A stretch of 64,000 nucleotides of DNA from Octopus sinensis (lineage: Eukaryota): contig NC_043007.1 of the NCBI RefSeq assembly GCF_006345805.1, positions 5,642,001-5,706,000 on the forward strand, written 5' to 3'. A program made the position numbers and the translations under genes. This document shows positions 25,006 through 37,318 of the stretch, piece after piece. The notes under the pieces are model-generated. The model made no database searches. It saw only the letters and a list, made by a program, of their open reading frames with translations, and was not told the origin of the DNA. Every line of letters begins with the position of its first letter. The stretch's first letter is position 1.

Positions 25006-26759
25006 ACATCCATTCGTGAATTTATTTATTTATTAATTTTTTAAATACATATTTTACCTGTGAATTTGCGTGTGTAATCTGGGAATGCATACAATGAGCT
25101 TCTCTGCCCTAGGTGTACGGAAAACACTCGGCGAGAAACGGAAAAAAAATTTGAAGAAAGAAGGAAAAAAATGATAATAAACATTGCATGATGCAAACAC
25201 AACACCGTTAGAAACCTTGTATGTTTGGCACACATATATGTACAACAGGGAACTCTTCACATGGCTCGAACACAACACAGCTTAAAAGATTTGTATATTC
25301 TGCACACTTAGAAATATAATATAATAAAATGGTCCCTACAGTTTATAATGCGGTTCTCAGAGTTTTATAAATTGATAAGTATTTCATGTATATCTTTGCA
25401 CATTTCAAAACATCATTGCTTATAAGAACAGAAAGGATTGTATTTTGAGCTGTGCAGGATGTGTCCCTAGCGACACATAATTACAAAAACAAAATAATAA
25501 AAATAAACACTACTGCCCAGTGTAGCCTAAGTAACCAGTGCCAGCACACAATTGATCAAAATATTTTTGGCTGCTTAGTCTTTGCCAAGTCCGAGTATAT
25601 TCACAGACATGATGGAGTCATATTTCTACTGGGTAATATGTCGACACTATGATTTCTTAACCCATGAGAAGTAGAGTCATTTTTGCTATTACAACAAAGT
25701 TAATGAGTACAAGGAAAATAGAAGGGAAAATTCCTAGAAGTGAGGAATTACAGAATCATATTTATGAAAACAGGCATGAAAGAAAAAACAGAACAAGTTT
25801 CATAAATGACGCGAAATGTTTCAAAAGGGGAACAGCTAACTGGGTTGAGCTGGAATAAAGAAAGTTCCTTCACCACGTTGCGTTCTCCTGCCTAAAAATA
25901 TTTCCTGAATACATACAGTAGCAAAATCGCGTACATTTAACACGGGACAAGACAAGCTGCTTCAATGCTCTGAAAAATATCCATTAATACCAATGAAATG
26001 CAACGTAGAAAATCGTAAAAATGATGAAAATATTGACAGGTACCAGTTTGATTCATTAACTTAATGAAAAGGAAATGTTAGTGAAATTAACTTAATGAAG
26101 TAATATATCGCAAATGTATTCACTAATGATTAATTAAATAACACTTCCAAATATATTAATGGAACCAGCTCAAATCAACGCTAGATATCGACTAGCTTCT
26201 CAAGAAAATGACCAATTATACAAATGAAAGCCAAACATCTATTCTAAAGCTGAAGGTGGAATCTAAATTTGATGCACCAGAAATAAAAACAATGTGATGT
26301 GCAAATCTTCACTAGAAACCTATACAGTAATGAATGTGGGGACACTCTAAAGAAAGCTATATCCTCCACTCTTCAGGTCCCGTAATTATAAGGGAGAGAA
26401 CTTAAATGGTTACATAAATGGTTTCGATGCTATGAGCATATTTTACATTTATAATTTGTTCTCCGAATTGGTGTATATACATGTAATATAATAATATATA
26501 AGGCATATATAATTTTCACTTCGAATTTTGCGTAAACTGGCGTGTGAAGAAGAGTTGGTAGAGAAATAACTGCAGCTGATCATAAAATATATGTTAAGTT
26601 ATTTCTTTGTCTTATTATTTTGATCGTACGATATATGTATATATAATACACATACATTACATGTTTATATTATTATGACTGGAAAGAAAATTGCACTGAT
26701 TTTAAGGTAAGTTTTGATCTCAGCAAAATACTTAATTTAGGATAGACATCTTCAAAACC

Positions 26760-28080
26760 AAAATGATATGAGACGTAGAAATAAAACAGTTAAAAATGAT
26801 TCCTTCGAGGAAAAACAACCGAAGAAAGAAAACCAGCAAAATGTCAACGTCAAAAGAAACATTAAAATTAAAAGCTCTGGAAACGTTGACCTCGAACATA
26901 AATTCTACACTACGTACCAAAGCAAAGCAAATATCAAAAGACAACAAAATCAAGTCTAAGAAGCACGACAGAATGCTGAGCACCAAAAGGTGAAGTAGAA
27001 CAAAGCTGAAACAAAAATAGGAATATTTGAAATAAGTGAGATTTAGGAATGGAACATCAAGAATAAGAAAGATATGAATATGTTGAGGTGCTGCACTAGA
27101 TTCTCTTTGTTCTAGAAGTGAAAAGAGTTAAAGGATTAATATCGATAATGGGTATTTCCCTAACGGCCAAGCAGAGGCGTCAACAAGGATGAAATCGATG
27201 AAATAACAGACATTAAAAACAGAAATCTGGTCATCGGAGATTAAATGAAAATGGACGTGAACATCAACATGACGAGGATAAATGAAATAATGCATGCGAC
27301 TAGCATGACAGCCACAAAGTAAAGTACTTACATTGTTAGATCTACTTATGAAGGAAAATGCAAACCAAAGAAATAATGTAGAAAACAGATGGAAAATAAA
27401 AGACTGCAGATTGCAATTGGTAAAGAAATCAATAATGAAAAGACAGAAAGACGTTAAAGCAGAAAATACCATAGAAATATGATATAAATGAAAAAAGAAC
27501 CCCACCCGAGATCAACGAACGATTAAAATAAGATCCTCACTATATCCCAAAGAAGCTGTAGCTATGAAGTGAGACAACGGTTATTTGAACTAAAACCGAC
27601 AGTAAGGCTCCAATTCTATCGAGAACTAGATAAAAAATCATCAAATAAAAATGAATACAATGTCAAGAAAGAATAATTTTGGTGGGGAAAGTCGTGGCCT
27701 GTGAATAAATGGAATGGCCATATCAAGAAGTAATCCTGATAATGAAATATGGAAAGCCATATGATTAATTTGTTTAAGAAAGCGTATGTAAAGTGTTGGC
27801 TAAATTTAATGACCCTTAGAATTGATCTGACAACAACAGTGACAAGAAAACCATCTTGATATCTATGTCTAAGAGAACAACAAACCGCTCGAAAGTGTAG
27901 ACACATAACCCTACTTTCTGCAGTGTATAAAGCCTTAACTGTAATACAGACTCAGAGTATATTATTGAAATTAGGGCAAACAATTTCATATAGGAGAAAT
28001 AATTTAAATTTTTTAACAATTTTGAAGATACAAACGGAACAGCGTAAATATTAAAAAATAGCTGACAGACTGGGAAATAC
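26760..28080 (+). pseudogene. degenerate RLE-type LINE, N-terminal region into early RT
   Basis: QFYRELD..FWWGK..WNGH and CRHITLLSAVYKALT (cf. YRPITCLSTMYKLLT). Multiple stops. Confidence 0.55.
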
Positions 28081-28527
28081 TAATATCTTCGGTTGAGGAT
28101 GTTTCTTCATTTTTTTATATAATTCCTGACTTCTCCCTCTACGATGATACAATACATAGCATATGGACTCCTTACTCAATATCCCTATTCCAGTGTGTGG
28201 TTATTCTAGTAACAGCTGTAAGAGACGCTGTCCGTCTATATTCATTATGTAAATTAAAATGTTTTTTTTCGAGTGATGTGGAATATTTTACTTTTCCATT
28301 TTTTAAAAAAAATTACTCTACATCTACCCGCTCAAGCAGACACCACTTCTTGCTACTTTCGATAGGCAATCTCAACATCACATTTTTCAGTTGCCATTCA
28401 AGCCGGAGTTTTAGTGGTAAACCAAGCTGAGTCAGCATAGCGCATACCTATCACATTACGTCAGTTAATCAAAACTCCTTGTAAATACTCTCTCTCCCTC
28501 GCTTTCTCTCCCCGTCTCTGTCTCTTC

Positions 28528-28574
<47 letters not shown>

Positions 28575-29273
28575 AGAGGAATGACCACTAGGTGGACAAC
28601 CAATATGCTAAATGTAGACTCTATATGGTCTGACCACTAAAAAAAATATTGTTCGCAAGAAAAAAGTATATATATATATATGTACAGCGGTGAATATGAG
28701 GGATCTCTACTGAAGGTATATCCTCCGCTCTTCAGGTCCCCTATGATGTACATACATAATACATACATACATACATGCATACATATATACATACGTACAT
28801 ACACGCACACAAACACACACATATATATACACACACACATATACGTGTGATAGAAGAAATGGAGCAACATGTAACAATAAGAAGTTGATCAGAAGCATCT
28901 GTACACACACGTGCAAAAATGTAAGCCTAAAGACCAAACGAACCTCTTCTTTTTTGCTTTTTTCCGTTAACTTTCGATCTCCTATCAATAATCCTCTCGT
29001 AAATTTACCTCAAAAATAAAAAACAAAAACAGGTGTAAATGTTATCTTAACCATAATTAAACTATGATCGTTCAATACTAATGATCAACTTGTTACATGC
29101 TGCTCCATTTTTTTTTTTACTTTATCTGAATATATTAAACCACGCTTTACCCTTAAATTACCTACTACTGTTAACCTTACAGCAAGGCTTATATATAGTT
29201 AGGTAATGCACCAGTTGTGCCTACGGATACATTTATCCCTTAGACGGTTGCATAACGTCTAACTCATAACCTT

Positions 29274-29304
<31 letters not shown>

Positions 29305-29759
29305 GAGTGTATTTTACCTTGTTAACAATTAACACGGATAAATGAATGAATAGTTACCAGGGCAGCGAAATCTCACAAGTAAAGATGTTGTAACCGATCT
29401 AAAAGTAAATATAACACCTTCAAAAGTAATTACGCTATGAATACTAGTAAAAATATTTGGTTAATAATTCCTTACGGGAGACAAATTAAATCTAATCTCC
29501 CACTGCTGTTTCGTCAAGCTATTGCTAGGAATTTTCCAAATAATTCTAGATATTACTCTATAATTAATTCACATAAGGTTAGGATAGGTTTTTCAAACAC
29601 AAAAAAATCTCTTGCAAATTATATCTTCTCATAATAACAAACTGTTAAATATTAATACATTTACTAATACTAACATTAATTTAGCTACTACCATCCAACC
29701 CTATAGAAATATTAATAACAAGGTTTGTATCTGAAGTCAATCCCAATAGAATTAAATTT

Positions 29760-30143
29760 ATGTCAAGTAACTCTAAGATTAAAAATTCTATATACCAGTG
29801 TATAATCAGTACTCGTAATAAAGTACGATTTTACATTGGAAGCACATCGTTAGAGTTATCTAAGAGAATTTCTATCCATTACTCAACATTTAGAGATAGA
29901 AATAAACGGAATAGTACCGGTCTCAGCAAACTGATTTGGAATTTAAAAGACCACAATGAACAATTTCATTTGGAATGGTTGATCCTCTCAATTTCGATAC
30001 CATATGACAAAGGCAAGAAATTCTGTCTTCTCTGCAATTCTGAGCTATTTTTCATTATTTTTTCTAAAAATACTCTAGTAAACACGGTTATAGAACGAGC
30101 ATACAGATGTAAGCATTGGCAAAAGCATACTTTTAGTGCATAA
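29760..30143 (+). CDS. GIY-YIG endonuclease domain of a Penelope-like element (open but separated from the RT part by stops)
   Basis: IYQC..FYIGST..KRISIHYSTF..STGLSKLIWNLK..CLLCNSE..N..RCKH. The GIY-YIG motifs, catalytic Arg and CxxC/CxH pattern fit PLEs. Confidence 0.85.
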   Translation: MSSNSKIKNSIYQCIISTRNKVRFYIGSTSLELSKRISIHYSTFRDRNKRNSTGLSKLIWNLKDHNEQFHLEWLILSISIPYDKGKKFCLLCNSELFFIIFSKNTLVNTVIERAYRCKHWQKHTFSA

Positions 30144-30348
30144 GTAGTCTCTATCATTATATATAGTTTAGACTTTAATTTCCTTTATATTTAACATTCA
30201 CTATTAATATCCCTACTCTTTCTGTTAGCTACTTATGACGTTATATCATATAACGTTTTTTTAAACAATATTAATAGCGTTCTGTCTATCGCTATACGAA
30301 TCCATCATTTTTTGCTAAAATGTCGTATTGACAAGTTTCGTTTTTTCA

Positions 30349-30433
30349 CTTTCCCGAAGAGAAGATTGCATTGTTTATACCTTTTATTCTTTTGAATAAG
30401 TATCAGTGGAATTTTTGAAACATATGTAGAAAG
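30349..30433 (+). ncRNA. type I hammerhead motif in the PLE pseudo-LTR (C4 variant, long stem II)
   Basis: Stem I CTTTC/GAAAG. Core CCGAAGA at 30354-30360. Stem II is nested, ending in TTATTC/GAATAA. GAA is followed by palindrome ACATATGT (30420-30427) and H17=A. Confidence 0.65.
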
Positions 30434-30475
30434 AAAAAATACTTGTTTAAACCTGCGTTGACTCCATTTTTTATT

Positions 30476-30509
<34 letters not shown>

Positions 30510-30512
<3 letters not shown>

Positions 30513-30693
30513 AGAGTTTACGAAAAAAACAAAAGACGACGACAGGTGGTGTACAAAACAAATAGATGTATTAACGCTCAGGAATAGAAACAGTCTTTTA
30601 CGTTTCGAGCCTACGCTCTTCTACAGAAAAGGACAGAAAAAAAAACAAGGAGAGAAAAAATGTGTGTAGTGGCTACCGATCTATCATGCCGAC
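30510..30693 (-). mobile_element. ~185-bp (TA)n-inserted non-autonomous element with a U6-variant hammerhead (30594-30631)
   Basis: Minus strand CTTTT CTGTAGA A GAGC gtag GCTC GAAACGTA AAAG. Homologous over its whole length to 52861-53058. Confidence 0.75.
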
Positions 30694-30702
30694 TGATATA
30701 TA

Positions 30703-30737
<35 letters not shown>

Positions 30738-32019
30738 TATTTTGCAAAAGTAATAGAATAGCACAAGGTCCGAGAGTTGGCCAACGCACGAAACTCTCAA
30801 ACCGTGGGTCATTGTGTTACTTTTGCCAAATATTAATGAAAATATACATATACTCATATTTGGAGTCTCTCTCTCTCTCTCTCTCTTTCTCTCTGTGTAT
30901 TTCAAAATATACGGTACATGATGAAATACATTGACATTAATACAAAATGGTAACAGCTCTAAGCAAGTTAATTGAAACGATACGACTATGAATTCATGTG
31001 ATTTGGTGCAATAACAATGCTGCTTTGAATGTATGCGTTGGAGAACAATAAAAATAGAAATTTCAATGTTTCAAATACAAGGTGAGAGTTGTTACTGACT
31101 CTTCAGGAAAATCTAAATTATATATCTCATGCTTGACGACAAATAACTACGATTGCCTTTCATCTGCACAAGAGGAATTGGAATTAAGCACTAATTCAGC
31201 GAACACTTGTGCTTCTTGAAGTATGTCACTATTATCCAGAGGTTATATTCTATCAAAGGTTTCACTGGAGAACGTTTATCAATCAAGTATACCGTTTGAT
31301 ATTTTCTTTTATCTCTTCCGAAATCCTCAAATCAATTTTCTTATAATTCATACTTATTTCATTGAATTTTGAGTTGTCTTCTAATGGTCTGGATACGCTT
31401 AGTCTATATTAGCAGCTTATAAATGATGTAGATTGTATCACGTATGTCTCCTTGTATATTTACTACTGTTTCTTTACAAACTTCCTTTCGTCATTACAGA
31501 AAATATCATATCATGTTACATTGTAATGCAAAACGCTGCTGAAATTTGAGTTTAAATGAAAGAAAATTGCTGATCGTAAATAAATAGCCATTTAAACAGC
31601 GGAAAGATATAAAAAAATAAATCAAGGGTGATTTAAATTATCGAAGAAAGAGAAATATTAAGAAAAAAGACTGAAAGAAAAAGAGAAAGTTAGATGAAGA
31701 ATGGAGATCTTACAAGTGAGAAGAGATTTTGAAGAAGGCTGAAAGGAATCTGGGGGAGGAAGGAAGCGCAGACGGTAGATACGATAACAATCCGTGCGTA
31801 CAGAGAGACGAGAAAATGTAAAAGAAGATGAAGGGAAGACATAGAAATGAAATGTATATGCTTGAAGGTTTCACTTTGGACAGCATGTATGGTCAGCATA
31901 ATATATAATTGGAGGGGACGTCCGTGCGGTCATCAAACGGGCTTGAAATATCAGCGAATATCTTTTAAATCATCCTCTAACATCTTAAAATAGGTTGGTT
32001 ACAATATATATTTCTTTAT

Positions 32020-32240
32020 TGCCCACAAGGGGCCAAACAGAGAGAGGACAAATAAGGACAGACAAAGAGATTAAGTCGATTACATTGATCCCAGTACGAA
32101 ACTGGTACTTAATTTATCGACCCCGAAAGGCTGAAAGGCAAAGTCGACCTCGGTGAAATTTGAACTCAGAACGTAACGGCAGACGAAATACGGCTATGCA
32201 TTTCGCCCAGCGTGCTAACGTTTCTGCCAGCTCGCTGCCT
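32020..32240 (-). mobile_element. SINE family A, full length
   Basis: Complete head-to-tail match to the 62750 copy. Confidence 0.9.
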
Positions 32241-32646
32241 TGCAATACAGTTCAATACGGTTACAATATAGTTCAAGATATACAAAAGGACAAGAAAATC
32301 ATAACTAAAATGATATTCCCTTAGAATAATTCTGTTCTAACAGCAGAAACCTGGGGATAAAAACCGCAAAAACTATTCTTATTTTATCGGCATTTCAGTG
32401 AGTTAAGTCAAATGCAAGTAGGGCGGAGTCTGGATCCGGAACGTAAAAGGTGAAATTAATATAGGAAAAAAATTGCGTAAAGCTGGAAGAAATGGCGCTG
32501 AAGATTTTTCACAGCGCGGTAACGATTCGGACAAAATGCTTAGTGACAGACATCAGCTGATAAACGTTCCAGTGTGTCTATTTATTCAAATGTATTCGAT
32601 GAATACACACATGTATGAGTGGTACAGATTATATATATATATATAT

Positions 32647-32748
32647 AAAGACTTGTTTTATTTATATTTCCTGAGCGCCATATAATACAATTGTTCGTTT
32701 GTTTTCCACCTGCCTTCGTCTTTTGTTTATTTTCATAAAGCTTCCCGT

Positions 32749-32749
<1 letters not shown>
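32647..32749 (+). mobile_element. 5'-truncated copy of the U6-hammerhead element in (TA)n
   Basis: AAAGACTTGTTTTATT...CCTGAGCGCCATA...CCACCTGCCTTCGTCTTTTGTTTATTTTC...CCGTTA matches 52958-53058. Confidence 0.85.
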
Positions 32750-32781
<32 letters not shown>

Positions 32782-33529
32782 AAACTGTATATGTGTATGT
32801 TTGTGTGTGTGTGCATATATATATATTATATATATATATATAATATTGTTATATTTCGGAATGGTCATTTTGCCAGTTTAGCCAATAAAAACACATGCAC
32901 TATATATTTGGTGTTATTTTGCTTCAGTGTTATTTATTTTATACATTAATCTTAATCTTATTTCGGCCAGAGTTCTTTCGTCACACTCCTGTGATCGCAT
33001 CAGTGGTCCTTTGTTTTCTTCTTTCTTATTTGTGTCTCTCCTTACTAACCGTCAGCCATTTTGTATTTCTATTGTATGTCTTCATTTGCGCATGCTTATA
33101 TCTCTATGTGCGTCTATGTTTATTTAGTGTGTGTGGGGGGGATGCCTGTAATATTTGTATCTTCTGTTTATATACGTTCATGTAATTTGTTTTTGTTGTT
33201 GTTTTTGTTTATTCTTATTTTGTTCATGTGTTTACATCCCTTTATTATTATCATTACATATGCTTGTATGTATGTATGTATAACAACAATACTAGTAATA
33301 ATAATAATAAATAAAAAAAAGTTATTTATTTATTTCTATTTGTTTATTTATCTGTGTATTTATTATGTTTTCGGGATCCTCTACCGTCATATGTTGTGGT
33401 GTGTGCTAGTGTTCCATTCTAGTTTTCTATTCAGGCTAGGTTTATTTTCTATTATGTGTGTAGAAAATAAATTTCGCCGCGTATCCCGGAGTATGCAAAT
33501 GCCTGTTTCCAATGTAGACATAAGAGCAG

Positions 33530-33720
33530 CAATTTCATGGGAGAATAGTCGTCGATTACATCGACCCCAGCACTTGACTGGTTCTCATTTTTCATTGATC
33601 CCGAAAGGATGAATGTCAAAGCCAACCTTCGCAGAAATTGAACTCAGAACGTAAAGACGGACGAAATGCCGCTAAGACCCTTGTTCGGCGTGCTGACACT
33701 TTTGCCAGCTTACCGCCATG
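33530..33720 (-). mobile_element. SINE family A
   Basis: gtcgattacatcgaccccag...cccgaaaggatgaa...gaactcagaacgtaaagacggacgaaatgccgctaag. Confidence 0.75.
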
Positions 33721-34211
33721 AAGGATGTAAGGGAAAATAAAAATAAAAACTGCTACCATATGAAAGACGTTACTATATATATTTGCTCTGCCTCAAATTC
33801 CAGACACTCCCTGTCCACTTTCATCACCAGAGATATTAATGAATGAATTACTGGCTCTTTAGAACGCTATAACCAACGACTTTGTGAATAACCAAAATGT
33901 AACTTTACAATAAAACAATATAGATTAGATGAAACATCATAGTTACCAGGAACTACAAAAATGTTAAGGTCGAAGACAATGACGGATTGGTGAAGATTGT
34001 TCTGAAAATTAATCAGAGTTAACCTGCTGAATGTTTCATAGATACGGTTAGATGTATATAAAGTAATAAGAAACAGACGCCAAAATCAGATAACGGATGA
34101 AATAAATCAGTGATGAAAGATCAAAGAGAAAAACCCAAACAAACTGAAGCATCAAAGACATGCATTAACCTGTTACATCTAAACGATTTTATGTTAGCTC
34201 GTAAATAAGTT

Positions 34212-34271
<60 letters not shown>

Positions 34272-34394
34272 GAAATGAGGTAATCAGAAGATCGGATGGT
34301 TTATATTTACAGATATTTATTTATATATTACATTTTTTACATCATATCGCTTAGATCATTAGCGCTTTCTCCCATTCTAGTGGGGTTTTCAAAT

Positions 34395-34448
<54 letters not shown>

Positions 34449-34499
34449 AGTAAACATATATGTATTTCTAACACTTTTTGTGTGGAATGGAGGAGATAG

Positions 34500-34890
34500 A
34501 GAGACCATTGATGTACAGGTTTTGGGTTTGGGGGACTGACTTTCCTCGTTCTATAAACAAATATGAACATTTCTTTTGGCCAAATTCCATGTCTATATCA
34601 GCTGAAAATGTTCCTATTAATTCCAGTTGTTTTTGGCATTATTACTAATTTTAGCATAAATCTTGAGGTCGTCTACAAGGAAATTATGAGTTACATTGAT
34701 ATTTCTAGCAGTTGAAGATCCTAGCACGTAACCATTTGTTTCCTGCAGTAGGAACGATAATGGATTCAGTGCCAAAATAAAGAGAAGTACAGAAACACTA
34801 TCTCCCTGGAATATTCTCTTTGTAATGCCTATAGTATCCGAAACAATTATTCTCTTCGGAACTGGAAGGGTGAGAATCACTGTCTATGTC
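34500..34890 (-). mobile_element. RLE-type LINE reverse-transcriptase core fragment
   Basis: IFQGDSVSVLLFILALNPLS and FLVDDLKIY (RT motifs B and C). Confidence 0.9.
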
Positions 34891-34914
34891 TTTGTGAGTC
34901 TCTCTATAGTAGGG

Positions 34915-35270
34915 TGGTAGGTACTTTTGCCAGATGGACATAAATTTACCTACTTTATCGAAGCTTTCATTGAGCAACAGACTATTCCCAACACTAGTGA
35001 GAAGATATCCGACCGATCTAATGTTTAAGGTTTTCGACGATGTTGCCGAAGAGCACATGGAATCATGGGATGTTAATTACTGGAATATAAATAATCTTGT
35101 ATACACAGCCGCTATTACTCTTAAAGAACACCTAGCAGAAATCTACAGCGAAGAAAGTAGGTAAATTAGTAAACGGAAACAACGTAGGTGGAAACCAAAA
35201 CTTGAATAAAACACCAACAACGTGTGCCGGATTATTGGATGGTTAACTACAACAATAAAATGTAAGGAGA
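34915..35270 (+). mobile_element. RLE-type LINE N-terminal fragment, inverted relative to the adjacent RT fragment
   Basis: INNLVYTAAITL followed by RRWKPKLE, typical of the R4-like pre-RT region. Confidence 0.6.
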
Positions 35271-35329
35271 AAAATGAGTTTACACCTCACCGACTCTAAC
35301 TTAGACAAAAATTAATTAAGCTTTGTTTT

Positions 35330-35700
35330 GTTATGTATGTATGTATGTATGTATGTATGTATGTATGCATGCATGCATGTATGCGTGTATGTATGTATGT
35401 ATGTATGTAAGAAGGTATGTAAGCGTACATTCACAAATTAAATATATAGAATTACTTTCAAAATAAAATATCTAATGAACAGTGTTTACAACATTTAAAA
35501 TTATGAGGTAGATGTATAAATGACAGCGAAATACGCGCAGAAGCAAATTGATGTATCGGAAAATTAGTCTGTCTAAAATTACATGCACTCACCACATGTA
35601 TGTATGTATATATATATATAAATATATATATATACATATATATACACACATATTCTATATACCTTATTACGCTATATACATATAAATATATGTATGTATG

Positions 35701-35794
<94 letters not shown>

Positions 35795-35940
35795 ATATAT
35801 ACACACATATTCTATATACCTACACACGCTACATTCATATAAATATATGTATACATATACATACATATATATATATATATACACATACAAATTCTATATA
35901 CATACCCACGGTATATGCATATGAATATATGCATACATAC

Positions 35941-35971
<31 letters not shown>

Positions 35972-36017
35972 ATATATATGTGTGTGTGTGGTGTGTGTGT
36001 GTGTAAATATACATATA

Positions 36018-36048
<31 letters not shown>

Positions 36049-36180
36049 AAGGAGAGAGAGATGAAGAGAAAGAGCGAGAGAGGGAGAGAGAGAGCTAGGT
36101 ATAGATATGTAGATAGACGGCGTGAGAGAGAGAGGTAAAGAGTGTGAGAGAGAGAGAGAGGAGAGAGAGAGAGATGAGAT
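35330..36180. repeat. microsatellite cluster (TATG)n, (TA)n, (TG)n, (GA)n
   Basis: Direct read. Confidence 0.95.
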
Positions 36181-36469
36181 CTGGTTAAAATTGTCACTAA
36201 ATGATTGATTTCATTTTAAATTATAAACACTGCTTCATGAAAGTTGTTATATTTCAAATGAATCGCATCCTGCCATGAGTGTAATTGATGGCAATTATCT
36301 CCGATGTATTTCATCCAATTAAGAATTATTCCGCTGATAGTGGACATGTAGCTCTCTTTAGAAGATGGACATTAACTTTGGATTCTGGCAATTAAAGATA
36401 AATCTAACTAATCAACGTAGAAATCACGGCAGTCATTATCGATTCCTGAATCGAAATCCCAATGCAAAT

Positions 36470-36856
36470 GAATGGCTGTTGCTGTTGAGCGAAGCGGTCG
36501 TCGTCACAGAGTTTGCAAGATGGGAGAAGTCCGAAACGTGGTCCTTTGCTATTCGTAAGACCCGCAGAAGAGAAAGCAGGTCAACCCCCGACACCGAGAG
36601 CATCGACAGATGGATGAATGCGCATCCAGGCTCAGCGGTTGCGTAGGAAGTCGGGGACAGGAAACAGGAAGAAAGTGTGAGAGAAAGTTGGGGCGAAAGA
36701 GTACAACAGGGGTCGCCACCGCCCACTGCCGGAGCCTCGTGGAGCTTTAGGTGTTTCCGCTCAATATACACATACAACGCCCGATCTGGGAATCGAAACG
36801 GCGATCCTCCGACCGCGAGTCCGCTGCCCTAACCACTGAGCCATTGCGCCTCCACT
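36470..36856 (-). mobile_element. SINE family B, long-tail subfamily
   Basis: Reverse complement GTGGAGGCGCAATGGCTCAGTGGTTAGGG...GTTTCGATTCCC...AACACCTAAAGCTCCACG followed by a ~200-bp tail shared with 46195-46579. Confidence 0.9.
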
Positions 36857-37194
36857 GCTGTTGGTGTTGTTGTTGATGGTGTTTCTATTGAGAGCCCAAC
36901 TTATTCAGTTCTTTTCGGGTCAGCTAATGTTAGAAATAGTTTCGTACAAAGGCACAGAACCAGAAATATTAGGAAGCCGCAAACAGTCGATTAAATTATC
37001 GTCATCAATATCCCACGGATACTTTATTTTATCGATTTTCAGTAAGGATGAAAGACAAAAATTCTCCACAGCAGCATTTGAACTCACAAAGGGCCCCCAA
37101 AAATAAGGTAAAAAACATTTTCCCACAAGGCTCTAACGATTCTTCCACCTCGTCATAATTATACATCTAAAAAAAATTCAAAATATCGAATATG

Positions 37195-37258
37195 TCTCCT
37201 CCTCCTCCTTCTCCTCCTCCTTATCCTCCTCCTCCTCCTCCTCCTCCTCCTCCTACTA

Positions 37259-37304
<46 letters not shown>

Positions 37305-37318
37305 TGCTGCAGCTGCTA
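37195..37318. repeat. compound trinucleotide tract (CCT)n-(ACT)n-(GCT)n
   Basis: Direct read. It gives the spurious polyP/T/A ORF. Confidence 0.95.

Larger units (their letters stand above)
29430..30475 (+). mobile_element. 5'-truncated Penelope-like element (Neptune/Nematis-type): RT C-terminus, GIY-YIG endonuclease, 3' pseudo-LTR
   Basis: 29437-29634 IWLIIPYG..FPNNSRYYSIINSHKVRIGFS matches the PLE linker. 29760-30143 is the GIY-YIG domain. The HHR lies in the 3' region. (TA)n lies ~130 bp upstream and directly downstream. Confidence 0.9.

Noticed and set aside
34268-34398. (TA)n-flanked 130-bp insert whose end resembles the 2950-3000 tail, checked for a hammerhead
   Set aside because: A hairpin is present but neither core strand is. 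Possibly a pLTR fragment, but unsupported.
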